A stretch of 64,000 bases of DNA from Acidimicrobiaceae bacterium (GTDB taxonomy: Bacteria > Actinomycetota > Acidimicrobiia > Acidimicrobiales > Poriferisodalaceae), in NCBI GenBank assembly GCA_002708935.1, contig PAPO01000024.1, forward strand, positions 50,826 to 114,825, read 5' to 3'. The notes below the pieces were generated by a model. That model was not told the DNA's origin, made no database searches, and saw only the letters and a program-made list of their open reading frames with translations. Made by a program: the position numbers and the translations under genes. Shown piece by piece: positions 35,874 through 46,468 of this stretch; the first letter of the stretch is position 1; every line of letters begins with the position of its first letter.

Positions 35874-37405
35874 TTCTCCGTGTTAGGTGATCCCCAAGCT
35901 CGAGCTATTGCTTGCGGAAATTCTTCTATCCATTGGATGAGATCGTGCCCACAGACTCGCTCCGTAAAATGATGAGGTGAGGAATGGAAGTGGAGCCATG
36001 CAGCCCAGGCCTCGGTCGCCTGATGGAAACCTTGCTCCAAAGTGCCAGCACAAAGGTGGACAAAAGGAGCGCCCTCTGGATCCCAATGCATTTGTTCGCT
36101 AGGGGGCATACCAGTGGAGTAGGCAATGCAGTGGCCGTATCGGTTTCGATGCATTGATCCAGTTGCTAGAGCGTGTCCTGCGCCATCAGAACATCCGAAG
36201 ATCGCGCGAAACTCTCGATCGGTCGACGCAGAGAATTCGTTTTCAGCCCATTGTGAAATCTCGTCAACGAAGAACCGCTGATGACGGTCGAAGCGTTGAT
36301 CATCAAAACCAGGCAGGTATTCAAGTGCGCGCTCATTGCCAGTGTGATCCATCGGTGCCGCATGGGGCGCAACAATCAAGAACGGCTGAATGAGCCCGGA
36401 TGAAATAGCTGCATCAATACGACGGATGTAGGGCTCGATCATGTTGCCATCGGTTGAATAGACGACAGGAAGTTGAGAATGCAGCTGGTGGTCAGGAGGA
36501 AGGTAAACCTTTATTCGCCTATTTTCACGGAGCGCTGTGCTTGTGAACTCGTGTGTAGAAAGTAAGCCGTCCAATGCGTCATCTTCGTTGCTTGGCATCT
36601 CCTTGGGAGCGAGTTCTCCTCTGTAACGGTTGTCCACCGGACCTCTGCCGCCAATTGGCATTCCGTTATTGTCGAGGCTCCAAAACCCATATCCGAAAAC
36701 TGCCTCATCGAGCCGATCAACACGAATTTGAACGCACCAAAGGTCTGTTTGAGCGCCAGATTCATCTTCAAGGTTCCACATTGGAAGCTCAAAGACTGGT
36801 CCAGGGATGATTCCTGCAGCATCTGACCGACACGCGAGAGTCAGATCATTACCGACAGACCAAGCTCCGTTCGGGAACTGTTCTAGACCTTGGCGGACTT
36901 CCTCGGCGCTGGGCTCAGACCAGATTCGACAAAATCGCTGACCCGCTGGTAGCCCTTCGGTTTCGTACCGTTCCCGGGCTCTCAACTTGTTCTGCCCGGT
37001 GACGGTCTGGCGCATCTCATCTAAAGAAGGTAAGCCGAACGATTTACGCATTTCGTCATCAGCAACTCCGTCAAGCGGGGCCATGACCAGATCACCCTGA
37101 TGTTCAAGGACCACGGTCCCGAACCTTTGGGGACGCCCAGTCATAAGCGCCACTTTGTCTGCGCATTCGGCAAACAAAGACCCAGCTCCAGGAACATCAG
37201 CAGTGTGAGCTCTTCCTGCAAGCTCGCCGGCTATGGGTAGTTGTTGCGGTCCGGCGAAGATAGACAGAGCTCTCGCTGCTCTCAGAGCCTCCGCTCCGCG
37301 GAGCTCCGCTAGTCCTTCTTCTTGCAGTAATTGGCGCACGAAAAAGGGAGCGCTATCTGGGTCTGCTGACTCCAACTGAGTTAATAGATCGCCGATGGCG
37401 CTCAC
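35870..37405 (-). CDS. Two-domain protein: unknown N-terminal ~330 aa plus a C-terminal esterase (enterochelin-esterase-like 'putative esterase') domain
   Basis: 511 aa. The C-terminal region has YLPPD...VVYSTDG and nucleophile elbow GCSDGA. The N-terminal part was not recognised. Confidence 0.5.
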   Translation of the reverse strand: MSAIGDLLTQLESADPDSAPFFVRQLLQEEGLAELRGAEALRAARALSIFAGPQQLPIAGELAGRAHTADVPGAGSLFAECADKVALMTGRPQRFGTVVLEHQGDLVMAPLDGVADDEMRKSFGLPSLDEMRQTVTGQNKLRARERYETEGLPAGQRFCRIWSEPSAEEVRQGLEQFPNGAWSVGNDLTLACRSDAAGIIPGPVFELPMWNLEDESGAQTDLWCVQIRVDRLDEAVFGYGFWSLDNNGMPIGGRGPVDNRYRGELAPKEMPSNEDDALDGLLSTHEFTSTALRENRRIKVYLPPDHQLHSQLPVVYSTDGNMIEPYIRRIDAAISSGLIQPFLIVAPHAAPMDHTGNERALEYLPGFDDQRFDRHQRFFVDEISQWAENEFSASTDREFRAIFGCSDGAGHALATGSMHRNRYGHCIAYSTGMPPSEQMHWDPEGAPFVHLCAGTLEQGFHQATEAWAAWLHFHSSPHHFTERVCGHDLIQWIEEFPQAIARAWGSPNTEN

Positions 37406-37539
37406 TCTGCCTCCTAAGGACCCTTTCAGGGTAGCTCTCCCTCAAGCACGCTTTTCTTTGGTTAAACACTAAGCGACGTGATCTTAAGCATCATTCAGTT
37501 GTAGCGTCACCACCAACAGCCAACTACAGAGGAGATGTC

Positions 37540-38316
37540 GTGTCTGAAGAACTTGTCATAACTGAGAAGCGTGGCCACATCCAGATTCTCACTTTGAATC
37601 GCCCCGAAGATATGAATGCTTTTAACACTGCATTAGCAGCTGCTCTAGGTGAAGCCCTAGAAGCTATGGACAACGACGAGGAAGTCCGAGTTGGGGTTTT
37701 GACGGGTGCTGGCAGAGGATTCAGTGCTGGAATGGATTTGAAACAATTTGCTGACGGCGGTATTGACGCGATGCCCAACGTCGGTGATCGAGGTTTCGCA
37801 GGCATCACAGAAAAAAGCTGTGCAAAGCCGTTGATCGCTGCGGTAGAAGGATTTGCCCTGGCGGGAGGCCTTGAAGTTGCTCTTTCCTGCGACCTTATCG
37901 TGGCCTCGGAAGGGGCGAAGCTAGGTATCCCCGAAGCTGGCGTAGGGCTATTCGCCGGTGCCGGAGCGTTATTGCGATTGCCTCGCCAATTGCCATACAG
38001 CCTGGCTATGGAGATGGCTCTTACTGCAGATCCGATTTCTGCTGAAGTGGCGCACCAACACGGAATGGTAAATCGGGTAGTTCCTAAGGGCGAAACCTTG
38101 TCAGCTGCTTTGGAGCTCGCAGAAAGAATTTCGAAGAATGCACCTATGGGAGTTAGGGCATCAAAGCAACTCATTAAAGATGTTCTCGGTGTCTCCGAAG
38201 ATGAGTTTTGGGGCTTTCAACGACCTGCTTTAGAGGAAGTCTTCGCTTCGCAAGATGCTTTCGAGGGGGCAACCGCTTTCGCTGAAAAGCGCGACCCTAA
38301 CTGGCAGGACAAATAG
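37540..38316 (+). CDS. Enoyl-CoA hydratase (short crotonase)
   Basis: 258 aa (GTG start after GAGGAG), with LTGAGRGFSAGMDLK, AAVEGFALAGGLEVALSCDLIVA and AFAEKR. Confidence 0.85.
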   Translation: MSEELVITEKRGHIQILTLNRPEDMNAFNTALAAALGEALEAMDNDEEVRVGVLTGAGRGFSAGMDLKQFADGGIDAMPNVGDRGFAGITEKSCAKPLIAAVEGFALAGGLEVALSCDLIVASEGAKLGIPEAGVGLFAGAGALLRLPRQLPYSLAMEMALTADPISAEVAHQHGMVNRVVPKGETLSAALELAERISKNAPMGVRASKQLIKDVLGVSEDEFWGFQRPALEEVFASQDAFEGATAFAEKRDPNWQDK

Positions 38317-38324
38317 GCACATTC

Positions 38325-38900
38325 TTGTCTGAAAGTAAATGGAGTCAACAGAGAAATGTTCCCCGGGGCTTCGCCTATGACGAGCGCTGGCAAGGTTTAG
38401 CCGACTCTGGGCAAAACATTCATGGAGAGGCTGATTTCATCTCAGGATTGAAGCCCGCCTCTGTGCTTGACGCAGGCTGCGGCACTGGGCGAGTGGCGAT
38501 TGAGTTGGTCCGGCGTGGTATCGATTGCGTTGGTGTCGACCTTGATCGTGAGATGTTGGCGGTGGCGTCCGAGAAGGCTCCAACTTTGGACTGGGTAGAA
38601 GCTGACCTAAATGACTTCAACTTAGGCCGGACCTTTGACATCGCAGTTCTGGCAGGCAATGTGATGATCTTCGTGCTTTCTGGATCCGAAGAGCTAGTTA
38701 TCAATCAAGTAGCTCGCCACCTATGCGCAGGTGGGCTTGTGGTGGCCGGGTTCTCACTAGATACCGGTGGTATTGGCCTCGAGGACTATGACGCTCTCAT
38801 GAAGCGGCTGGGCCTATCACCTGCGGGTCGATGGAGCACTTGGCAAAGGGAGCCCTTTACCGGTGGTTCGTACGCAGTTTCGGCCCACCGAAAGAACTGA
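38325..38900 (+). CDS. Class I SAM-dependent methyltransferase
   Basis: 191 aa with motif I VLDAGCGTGRV and an acidic post-I residue (GVDLD). Confidence 0.75.
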   Translation: MSESKWSQQRNVPRGFAYDERWQGLADSGQNIHGEADFISGLKPASVLDAGCGTGRVAIELVRRGIDCVGVDLDREMLAVASEKAPTLDWVEADLNDFNLGRTFDIAVLAGNVMIFVLSGSEELVINQVARHLCAGGLVVAGFSLDTGGIGLEDYDALMKRLGLSPAGRWSTWQREPFTGGSYAVSAHRKN

Positions 38901-38908
38901 GTATCGAT

Positions 38909-39217
38909 TTACTCCATAGGCAGACGCGCAAGGAGTTCGATCTTCCGTTCTTCGTACTCGTCGAAGTCAATCTCATCCTCATCAAATTTTGCTTGGAGCT
39001 CTTCCACAAGGCGGAGAAGGTCAGCAGCTGAGATTTCTTGATCCAGATTGCCATCGAGCTGGGCTGCGTCATCATCGATGACTGGCGCGTCCTCTTCATA
39101 TACGAGTGGCCCGCTTTCAGGGGTTTTGCCCATTCTTTTGGCGCGTTTCGCGTCTGCTTTGGCTTTCTTAGCTCTATCGCGTTGGAGTTTTTCGAAAGTT
39201 GTGCGGCTTCCTGCCAT
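38909..39217 (-). CDS. Hypothetical highly charged protein (102 aa)
   Basis: ATG preceded by AGGAG. Has a Lys/Arg-rich N-terminus and an acidic C-terminus. No family recognised. Confidence 0.5.
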   Translation of the reverse strand: MAGSRTTFEKLQRDRAKKAKADAKRAKRMGKTPESGPLVYEEDAPVIDDDAAQLDGNLDQEISAADLLRLVEELQAKFDEDEIDFDEYEERKIELLARLPME

Positions 39218-39403
39218 GTTTACTCCTATTGCCAGTTAAAGCGAAACTAAATCACGCAGAGGCCGAATTCATAACCGCTAAGGGGGAGCCGACGAGATGT
39301 CGACAGATAGCGCCACGGCCAATTAAGTAGTTTAGAACATCGATCGTTGAAATTGGTGTTGTCGGGGTAGTAGCGAAGACAAATAGTGACGTTTAGATAA
39401 GCA

Positions 39404-41032
39404 TTACTTTGGCCACTGAAAATCTTTGAATTGTTCTCTGAGGGCCTTCTTATCAATTTTTCCTGTCCCTGTATGAGGGATCTCGTCAATAGCTACCACG
39501 TCGTTAGGTAACCACCATGACGCCACATGTGGTTTCACGGACTCGAGAACCTCGATTGGGTCAAGCTCTTTTCCTGGCTCGAGGACAACTATCAACAGTG
39601 GTCGTTCACCCCATCGATCGTGGGGCATACCGACCGCTGCGGCCTCAATGACCCCAGGTGCTCCTACGGCAGCGTTTTCAAGTTCGATGGAGCTGATCCA
39701 CTCTCCGCCGCTCTTGATGACATCTTTAGCCCGGTCGACGATTGATATATAGCCTTCAGTATCCATCGTCGCCACATCTCCGGTTCTCAACCAAACCCCG
39801 TTCGATGCAGATATGTGGGTGGAGTCATCGTCTAATTCGAAGTAAGAGCCTGCGACCCAGGGCCCACGAGCTAGCAGCTCGCCTGGAGTTGTGCCGTCGC
39901 GTTGAACGTCATCGCCGTTCTCGTCGACGAGACGAAGTTCAACGCCATATATTTCACGACCTGCCATCGCTTGACGGCCTCTTTTCTCATCCCGATTCAG
40001 CCCCTCAACTCTGTGAGTAAATCTGCCAGCAGACCCTTGGGTCATCTCCGTCATACCCCAGACATGGGAGACGAAGACTCCGTACTCATCTTCCAAGGTG
40101 TCCATCAACGAACGAGGAGCAGCTGCGCCTCCTACTGCCAGGCGATTCAGTGACGGTACGTCTGTTCCACTTTCTTGCAAATGTTGGACGACAGACAGCC
40201 AGATCGTTGGAACGCCAGCAGAGAAAGTAACTGTTTCGTCTTGGATTTGTTTCACGATCGCTTCAGCGGACATATCAGGCCCGGGTAAAACTAATTTGGC
40301 CCCCGCCATCGCTGCGGCAAATGGAATTGCCCAGCCATTCACATGAAACATTGGGACGGCAAGAAGTATTGACTGGCTCGAATTTACGTCGTGTCCATCT
40401 CCAGTGCAGGTCGCCCAAGTTTGCAGAACTATGGACCGATGGCTTTGCATGACGCCCTTTGGATCACCGGTTGTCCCAGATGTGTAGCAGAGAGTAGCGG
40501 CGCTCCATTCGTCTAGAATCGGCCATGTTTCAATTGGTGAGCTCTCTTCGATCCATTCTTCGTAGGCGACAGCGTTTTCGAGAGAAGTCGTCGGTAGTTC
40601 GTCCGTTAGGACAACCCAGCAGCGAACTGAAGCTGTCTCCGAAGCAATTTTTTCTGCTATTGGTAAGAAATCTGGATCGACGAAAACTATTTGGTCTTCT
40701 GCGTGGTTGACGATCCAGGCGATTTGCTGTTCACGCAGGCGGGGGTTCACTGTATGTAAAACCGACCCTATGCCCGTTATTCCGTAATAAACCTCGAGGT
40801 GTCGGTGGTCATTCCAGGCAATGGTGGCAACTCTGTCACCCTGCTCAATTCCTCCGGCTTTCAAAGCACCTGCGACTTGTCGAGCTCGACTATGAACCTG
40901 GGTCCAGTTAGTTCGATGAACGCGGCCACTGGAATCAGTGGCAACGACCTCAGTAGCGGAGTGATTTCGTCCCGCGTAATCGATCAAACTCGATACCAAG
41001 AGCTGGCGGTCCATGTTTAATCCACGAAGCAT
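39404..41032 (-). CDS. Long/medium-chain acyl-CoA synthetase (AMP-binding)
   Basis: 542 aa with [18 protein letters not shown] and WLRTGDVA motifs. Confidence 0.85.
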   Translation of the reverse strand: MLRGLNMDRQLLVSSLIDYAGRNHSATEVVATDSSGRVHRTNWTQVHSRARQVAGALKAGGIEQGDRVATIAWNDHRHLEVYYGITGIGSVLHTVNPRLREQQIAWIVNHAEDQIVFVDPDFLPIAEKIASETASVRCWVVLTDELPTTSLENAVAYEEWIEESSPIETWPILDEWSAATLCYTSGTTGDPKGVMQSHRSIVLQTWATCTGDGHDVNSSQSILLAVPMFHVNGWAIPFAAAMAGAKLVLPGPDMSAEAIVKQIQDETVTFSAGVPTIWLSVVQHLQESGTDVPSLNRLAVGGAAAPRSLMDTLEDEYGVFVSHVWGMTEMTQGSAGRFTHRVEGLNRDEKRGRQAMAGREIYGVELRLVDENGDDVQRDGTTPGELLARGPWVAGSYFELDDDSTHISASNGVWLRTGDVATMDTEGYISIVDRAKDVIKSGGEWISSIELENAAVGAPGVIEAAAVGMPHDRWGERPLLIVVLEPGKELDPIEVLESVKPHVASWWLPNDVVAIDEIPHTGTGKIDKKALREQFKDFQWPK

Positions 41033-41039
41033 CTAACCC

Positions 41040-42185
41040 TCAACGAATCTGGGAAAAGAAGGACCGCACGTCCTCGACGAATAGTTCGGGTTGTTCAAAG
41101 GCAGCGAAATGCCCTCCCTGCGGCATTTTGGTCCATTGTTGAATGTTGGTATAGGTCCCCTCACTCCAAGACCTCACTGGTGGGATAATTTCTCGAGGAA
41201 AGCAAGCGACCCCAGTTGGTACGTCGACTTGAGCTGGTGGTGGTGGTCGGTTACCGGCTGATGCGAAGCTTTCCCAGTAGAGCCGTGCCGAAGAAGTCGC
41301 TGAGCTAGTGACCCAGTACAACATGATGTTGTCGAGCATTTCGTCTCGAGACAGAGCGTCTTCGGGGTGACCCTGATTGTCGGTCCATGCCCAAAATTTT
41401 TCGAGAATCCAAGCGAGTTGTCCGACAGGAGAATCAGTCAAACCGTATCCAAGTGTTTGTGGTCGGGTTCCTTGTTGAGTTGAGTAGCCCGAATCCCAAT
41501 CTCTGTAGTGGGCAGCCGCTTTGAGCGCAGCTTGTTCTTCGTCATTGGGTTCTCGGTCCTTGGGGCGCTTTCCTCGCATCACCATGTTGAGATGAATTCC
41601 AATGCAGTTGGCGGGGTGACGTCCACCAATTGCAGTGGTGATTGCTGAGCCCCAGTCGCCACCCTGAGCACCAAATTTCTGATATCCCAGCCCGACCATA
41701 AGTTCGGTGAACACGTCAGCCATTTTCTCCACGCCCCAACCTGAGGTAGGAGGCTTTCCGCTAAAGCCATAGCCCGGCAGTGACGGGCAAACAACATGGA
41801 AGGCGTCTTCAGCCTTACCACCATGATCTGTGGGGTTTGTTAGTGGTTCGATAACTTTGTGAAATTCGACAAAAGACCCGGGCCAGCCGTGAGATAGGAG
41901 GAGGGGCACAGCATCCGAATGTGGTGATTGTTGGTGAACGAAGTGAATGTCACAACCTTCTATGGGCGTGGTGAATTGATTGAATCGATTGAGGTCCGCT
42001 TCTCGTCGACGCCAGTCATAGCTATGCAGCCAGTAGTCACACATCTCTTGCACGTAACTCAGCGGAATTCCCTGTGACCAGTCCTCTACAAGCTCTTTCT
42101 CTGGCCAACGAGTTTTAGCTAGGCGATCGTGAAGATCTTCGAGAACTTCATCTGAAACTGAAATTTGGTAAGGGCTTATGTCCAT
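41040..42185 (-). CDS. Epoxide hydrolase (microsomal-type, N-terminal EHN domain plus alpha/beta hydrolase)
   Basis: 381 aa. ISVSDEVLEDLHDRLAKTRWP is an EHN-like N-terminus, HGWPGSF is the oxyanion motif, and GGDWGS is the nucleophile region. Confidence 0.8.
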   Translation of the reverse strand: MDISPYQISVSDEVLEDLHDRLAKTRWPEKELVEDWSQGIPLSYVQEMCDYWLHSYDWRRREADLNRFNQFTTPIEGCDIHFVHQQSPHSDAVPLLLSHGWPGSFVEFHKVIEPLTNPTDHGGKAEDAFHVVCPSLPGYGFSGKPPTSGWGVEKMADVFTELMVGLGYQKFGAQGGDWGSAITTAIGGRHPANCIGIHLNMVMRGKRPKDREPNDEEQAALKAAAHYRDWDSGYSTQQGTRPQTLGYGLTDSPVGQLAWILEKFWAWTDNQGHPEDALSRDEMLDNIMLYWVTSSATSSARLYWESFASAGNRPPPPAQVDVPTGVACFPREIIPPVRSWSEGTYTNIQQWTKMPQGGHFAAFEQPELFVEDVRSFFSQIR

Positions 42186-42216
42186 TTAGCTAACTTACTG
42201 CTGCGAAGTAGTTCTC

Positions 42217-44073
42217 TTAAGCCCGGTTCCGTTTTTTGGTTCGGAGCCTGATGCCGGGATCCAATTCGACTTTTCTGATTCGGATGCTTTCTGGAGTGAC
42301 TTCGACACATTCGTCGTCAGCTATGAACTCTAAAGCGTGCTCTAGGGACAGAATTCGCGGGGGGCTTAACCGCACAGCGTCGTCGGCGGCGGCAGCGCGA
42401 ATATTCGTCTGTTTCTTTTCTTTGCAGATGTTGACATCAAGATCGTCTGGTCGGGGGTTTTCCCCGATCACCATGCCCTGGTACACCGAAACACTTGGGC
42501 CTACGAATAATGACCCCCTTTCTTGAATAGATGAAGCTGCGTAGCCGCTTACCTGCCCTAGGCGATCCGCAACTATTGACCCTGTGTGGCGTGAACGAAT
42601 GTCGCCACTCCACGGAACGTAACTATCGAACACATGATGCAAGAGGCCGGTGCCTCGTGTTTCGGTTAGGAATTCGGTTCGGAACCCTATTAGGCCACGG
42701 GCCGGAATTAGATAGTCAAGGCGAACCCAACCGGTTCCATGGTTAGCCATTTGTTCGAGGCGACCGCGACGTTCACCCAACAGCTGGGTAACCGCTCCAA
42801 CGTGATCTTCTGGAATATCGATGGTCACACGTTCAGCGGGTTCGTGTAACGCCCCATCAACAATTTTGGTGAGGACCTGAGGTTTACCTACTGTTAATTC
42901 GAAACCTTCACGGCGCATGATTTCGACCAGAACTGCCAGTTGAAGTTCACCTCGCCCTTGAATTTCCCAGGCATCTGGTCGGTCCGTGTCGTGTAGTCGT
43001 AGCGAGACATTCCCGATGAGTTCATTTTCGAGACGGTTCTTGATGAGTCGGGCAGTCATTTTTTTCCCTTCGGTACCTGCTAGGGGTGATGTGTTGATCC
43101 CGATCGTCATTGAAAGACTCGGTTCATCAACAGTGATGACTGGAAGTGGTGTGGGAGAGAGTGGGTCACTCAGGCTCTCTCCGATGGTTATTTCTGGGAT
43201 CCCAGCGACGGCAGCGATCTCGCCCGGCCCAACCTCGTCGACGTCAACTCGATGGAGCCCTTCGGTTGTGTACAACTCTGTAACTCGTGTTCTTTCAATT
43301 GAGCCATCGACCCGACACCAGGCCACTTCCTCACCTCGTCGTAGAGTTCCGTGCAGCACCCGACAGATAGCTATCCGGCCTACGTAGGGGTTGGCGTCGA
43401 GAGTCGTTACCCAAGCTTGGAGCGGGTGGTCCGAGATGTAGGTAGGGGAGGGGACCGAGTCGACAAGGACTTCGAAAAGTGCTTCTAGATTTTGTCCCGG
43501 GGATTCAAGGCTTGTTGTTGCTGTACCTTTCCGAGCGTCGGTATAAACGATGGGGAAATCGATCTGGTGGTCCTTAGCGTCAAGGTCCAAAAATAGTTCG
43601 TAGGTCTCATCAATGACTTCTGAAATTCGGCCGTCGGGTCGATCTATCTTGTTGATGACCAGTACTACTGGGAGATCCAGCGCAAGGGCTTTACGCAAGA
43701 CAAATCGAGTTTGTGGGAGAGGTCCTTCGGAGGCGTCAACCAAGAGGACGACTCCGTCGACCATAGTGAGGGCCCGCTCTACCTCGCCTCCGAAATCGGC
43801 ATGGCCCGGGGTATCGATGATGTTGATTTTGATTTCATGATCCGCCTGGTCGCGCCACCGTACAGCAGTGTTTTTGGCCAAGATCGTGATGCCCTTTTCT
43901 CGTTCGAGGTCCATCGAATCAAGCACACGCTCTTGTACTTCCTCATTGTCGCGGAAGGCACCTGATTGCCAAAGCATTGCATCAACAAGCGTTGTTTTTC
44001 CGTGGTCGACATGAGCGATGATTGCGACGTTACGGAGATCGGCTCGCGTCTCACCAGGTTCAGAAGCGGTCAT
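42217..44073 (-). CDS. typA: Translational GTPase TypA/BipA
   Basis: [15 protein letters not shown] (G1), [12 protein letters not shown] (G3) and NKIDR (G4). The start is taken at ATG 44073 (MTASEPGE), because the longer track ORF to 44163 overlaps the 3' end of the upstream gene. Confidence 0.9.
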   Translation of the reverse strand: MTASEPGETRADLRNVAIIAHVDHGKTTLVDAMLWQSGAFRDNEEVQERVLDSMDLEREKGITILAKNTAVRWRDQADHEIKINIIDTPGHADFGGEVERALTMVDGVVLLVDASEGPLPQTRFVLRKALALDLPVVLVINKIDRPDGRISEVIDETYELFLDLDAKDHQIDFPIVYTDARKGTATTSLESPGQNLEALFEVLVDSVPSPTYISDHPLQAWVTTLDANPYVGRIAICRVLHGTLRRGEEVAWCRVDGSIERTRVTELYTTEGLHRVDVDEVGPGEIAAVAGIPEITIGESLSDPLSPTPLPVITVDEPSLSMTIGINTSPLAGTEGKKMTARLIKNRLENELIGNVSLRLHDTDRPDAWEIQGRGELQLAVLVEIMRREGFELTVGKPQVLTKIVDGALHEPAERVTIDIPEDHVGAVTQLLGERRGRLEQMANHGTGWVRLDYLIPARGLIGFRTEFLTETRGTGLLHHVFDSYVPWSGDIRSRHTGSIVADRLGQVSGYAASSIQERGSLFVGPSVSVYQGMVIGENPRPDDLDVNICKEKKQTNIRAAAADDAVRLSPPRILSLEHALEFIADDECVEVTPESIRIRKVELDPGIRLRTKKRNRA

Positions 44074-44143
44074 GGATATCGAATTATCGGGGAGGGGAAA
44101 GCACGAAAGATCAAGTGTGCCAGCAAAGGGCCCGATTGTGGTG

Positions 44144-46435
44144 TCAGTCGTACACGAACCCAAGTTCGGCTGGCGGAGGCAGGGTGCCGCCTATAAAACC
44201 ATCAGCCCTCAATTGACGAATGGTGTCTTGGTCGAGGTTCCCGACTTCGGCAAGTACGACGTCGGTGTCCTGATCAAAAAGTGGTGCGTGGCTGGTGGGT
44301 CGAGGTCGTTTTCTGTCAACGGTGAAAGGCGATCCGAGATGTCGCATTGGTCCTGTTACGGGGTGGTCGACCACGTCCAATAGATCGGAAAGGGGAAGCT
44401 GCCCTGGCGCAGTCCAAGGATCCCAACATATTTGTGCTTTGGCGCCAGCGCTCACTATTTTGTGTAAGAGCTCTTCGGCGGTGAAGTCTTTCGCTTGACT
44501 AATTAGTTGTGAAATTAGTCCTAGATCTTGATTCGGTTTAGAGGCGACGACTGCCACCCACTGATCTTTGGTAGGAACGAAAGTTGCGAGTCCTTCACCG
44601 GGTTCACGATTTCCGAGTCGACCTATATTGCGACCCTCGAGCGATGCGAGCACTATCGCTTCGCCCGAATGCTGCCACATTGCCTCTTGCTGGCTTAAGT
44701 CGATTTCGATACCCCGACCGGTTTGGTCTGCGTGGAAAACTCCAGCTAGAAACGCGTTTGCGGCATGAATACCAGCGGTTGGGTCCGGGAAATAGATATT
44801 TGATACTCGAGCTTCTTCGTGTTCGTAGCCTTGACGATGAGCGATTCCGCCCATGGCTTCAATTATCGATCCGTAGCCCACTCCGTCGCTATAGGGGCCG
44901 TCAACACCAAACGCCGGCATACGGACAACGACGAATTGAGGGTTAATTTTTTGAAGCGTGGCGAAATCTAAGCCAAGTTGCGGCAAAACATGAGCGGAGA
45001 AGTTTGCGACAAGGCCATCGGAATTCGCGACTAAAGAAAGAAACGCTTCGCGGCCTTCTTCGGTGGCGATATTAATGACGCAATCCTTCTTCCCTTTGTT
45101 GACAGCGTTAAATAGCCCACCTGCTTCGTAAAATCGGTTGTCGTTTACAAGGTCTTCTTGTCCCGGACGCATTCCGTGGTCGTATGGCCTTTGCGTTCTG
45201 AAGCCATCAAATGGCGCGGTTGATTCGATTTTTATGACCTCGATGCCAAGCGGCGCGAGAATATTGCCGACATATGGACCGGCCCAAGAGATAGTCATTT
45301 CGATTAGGCGAAGGTCCGAAAAAGGTCGAAGGTTCAATGGAGTACGCGGCTTTTCTACCGGAGCCGGATCTGATGCCTGAACCCGCACACGTTGGTCGGG
45401 CACAGGGAGACCCGGAGCTATGAACGGACGTATCGGGCCTATGGTCGCACCCCTTTGTGTGTCGATTGCTCCCAGGTATCCACGAGCCGACAAGTGAGGA
45501 TCCGAAAGAGTGTCTAGCGGAGTCATGACCATCCCCGCCGCCCAAGGAGAACTAAGCGCGAGTTCGAAAATTTCTCGCTTTTCTCTTTGAAGATACCAAG
45601 GCTCGATGTGGTCCCAAATCATTGGGATATGGTGACGTCTCTTAAGTCTGTTGCGAAGTTCAGGGTCATCTATCCACTCGGGCAACCCATAGAAGAGACA
45701 CTGCATTTCCCAGTCGATAGGCCGGATTGAGCCGGGTGCAAAATGGCCGTCCTTGCATTTGATGGCGCCGGAAGGAAAGGCCGTCGGTGGGTGTGCTCCG
45801 ACTTTTGGTCGAACCCGTTGGCAGTGAAGTGCGTCTCCGTAACAGAGTTCTGTCGCAGTTAGCAGGGCTCCTAACCACGAAACGTCAATATGGGAAGCGT
45901 CAGTCCGGCCGATTAGTTGCACCATGGCGGAAGCAAGTCCACCAGCGGCATACTGACTTTGCCAGCCAGGAAGCCTCAGAGGGGGCAGGTCTTGGTCGCC
46001 GTTGAATCCGAGAAATCCAGTGGCCGTTTGTACTAATAGTTCATCGGCTATGCAGCCCGGATCTTGTGCGTCAGCGCCCCAGGCTGTTGTGGTGACTAAG
46101 CGTGTGTCGTGAGAGCGGAGGCGAGCCGGATCCCATTTCGAGTTCTCCAGATCAGCGAGTACGTCCCCGGCAATCACGACGTCGGCCCATGAAGGCTCAA
46201 TATCGTCAGGTGTTACGTTTAACTTCCCTGCGTTTAAGTGAATGTAAAGAGGACTCAGTTCACCGTCACCCAAAGGTGTGTCGTCGACTTGTTGGATGCG
46301 AGCAGGGTCGCCATCCGGGGGCTCTATCTTGATGACATGGGCCCCGAGGCTTGCTAACAGCCGGCCTGCATAGGGGCCTGATATTCCTGTTGCGGTTTCG
46401 ATAACACGAAGGCCGTGGAGCGGAGGCTGAGGCAT
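44144..46435 (-). CDS. Tandem (duplicated) family III CoA-transferase, CaiB/BaiF-like, in a single 763-aa chain
   Basis: Two N-terminal-type family III signatures occur in one ORF. The first is LRVIETATGISGPYAGRLLASLGAHVIKIEPPDGDP at residues ~9-45. The second is LRLIEMTISWAGPYVGNILAPLGIEVIKIES at about residue 375. Confidence 0.8.
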   Translation of the reverse strand: MPQPPLHGLRVIETATGISGPYAGRLLASLGAHVIKIEPPDGDPARIQQVDDTPLGDGELSPLYIHLNAGKLNVTPDDIEPSWADVVIAGDVLADLENSKWDPARLRSHDTRLVTTTAWGADAQDPGCIADELLVQTATGFLGFNGDQDLPPLRLPGWQSQYAAGGLASAMVQLIGRTDASHIDVSWLGALLTATELCYGDALHCQRVRPKVGAHPPTAFPSGAIKCKDGHFAPGSIRPIDWEMQCLFYGLPEWIDDPELRNRLKRRHHIPMIWDHIEPWYLQREKREIFELALSSPWAAGMVMTPLDTLSDPHLSARGYLGAIDTQRGATIGPIRPFIAPGLPVPDQRVRVQASDPAPVEKPRTPLNLRPFSDLRLIEMTISWAGPYVGNILAPLGIEVIKIESTAPFDGFRTQRPYDHGMRPGQEDLVNDNRFYEAGGLFNAVNKGKKDCVINIATEEGREAFLSLVANSDGLVANFSAHVLPQLGLDFATLQKINPQFVVVRMPAFGVDGPYSDGVGYGSIIEAMGGIAHRQGYEHEEARVSNIYFPDPTAGIHAANAFLAGVFHADQTGRGIEIDLSQQEAMWQHSGEAIVLASLEGRNIGRLGNREPGEGLATFVPTKDQWVAVVASKPNQDLGLISQLISQAKDFTAEELLHKIVSAGAKAQICWDPWTAPGQLPLSDLLDVVDHPVTGPMRHLGSPFTVDRKRPRPTSHAPLFDQDTDVVLAEVGNLDQDTIRQLRADGFIGGTLPPPAELGFVYD

Positions 46436-46468
46436 CGCTACAGCATGGCTCGTCGGAGCAACCGGCGC

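Noticed and set aside
37524-38174. A 216-aa ORF lies antisense to the enoyl-CoA hydratase gene. Similar long antisense ORFs occur at 16137-16814, 49327-49926, 29523-30128, 48004-48537 and 22078-22572.
   Set aside because: Each overlaps a gene with clear family motifs on the opposite strand. Their products are low-complexity, rich in Ala/Ser/Pro/Arg, and lack recognisable motifs or ribosome-binding sites. These are typical shadow ORFs.
39297-39326. A 9-codon ORF (MSTDSATAN) lies behind a good AGGGGGAG Shine-Dalgarno in the 186-nt gap between the acyl-CoA ligase and the 102-aa gene.
   Set aside because: There is no plus-strand gene downstream for it to regulate. It is too short to evaluate and is probably a chance occurrence.
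44074-44163. The track gives a 30-codon N-terminal extension of typA (MGSCTTDTT...).
   Set aside because: The extension overlaps the 3' end of the upstream CoA-transferase gene, and TypA homology begins right after the internal ATG at 44073.
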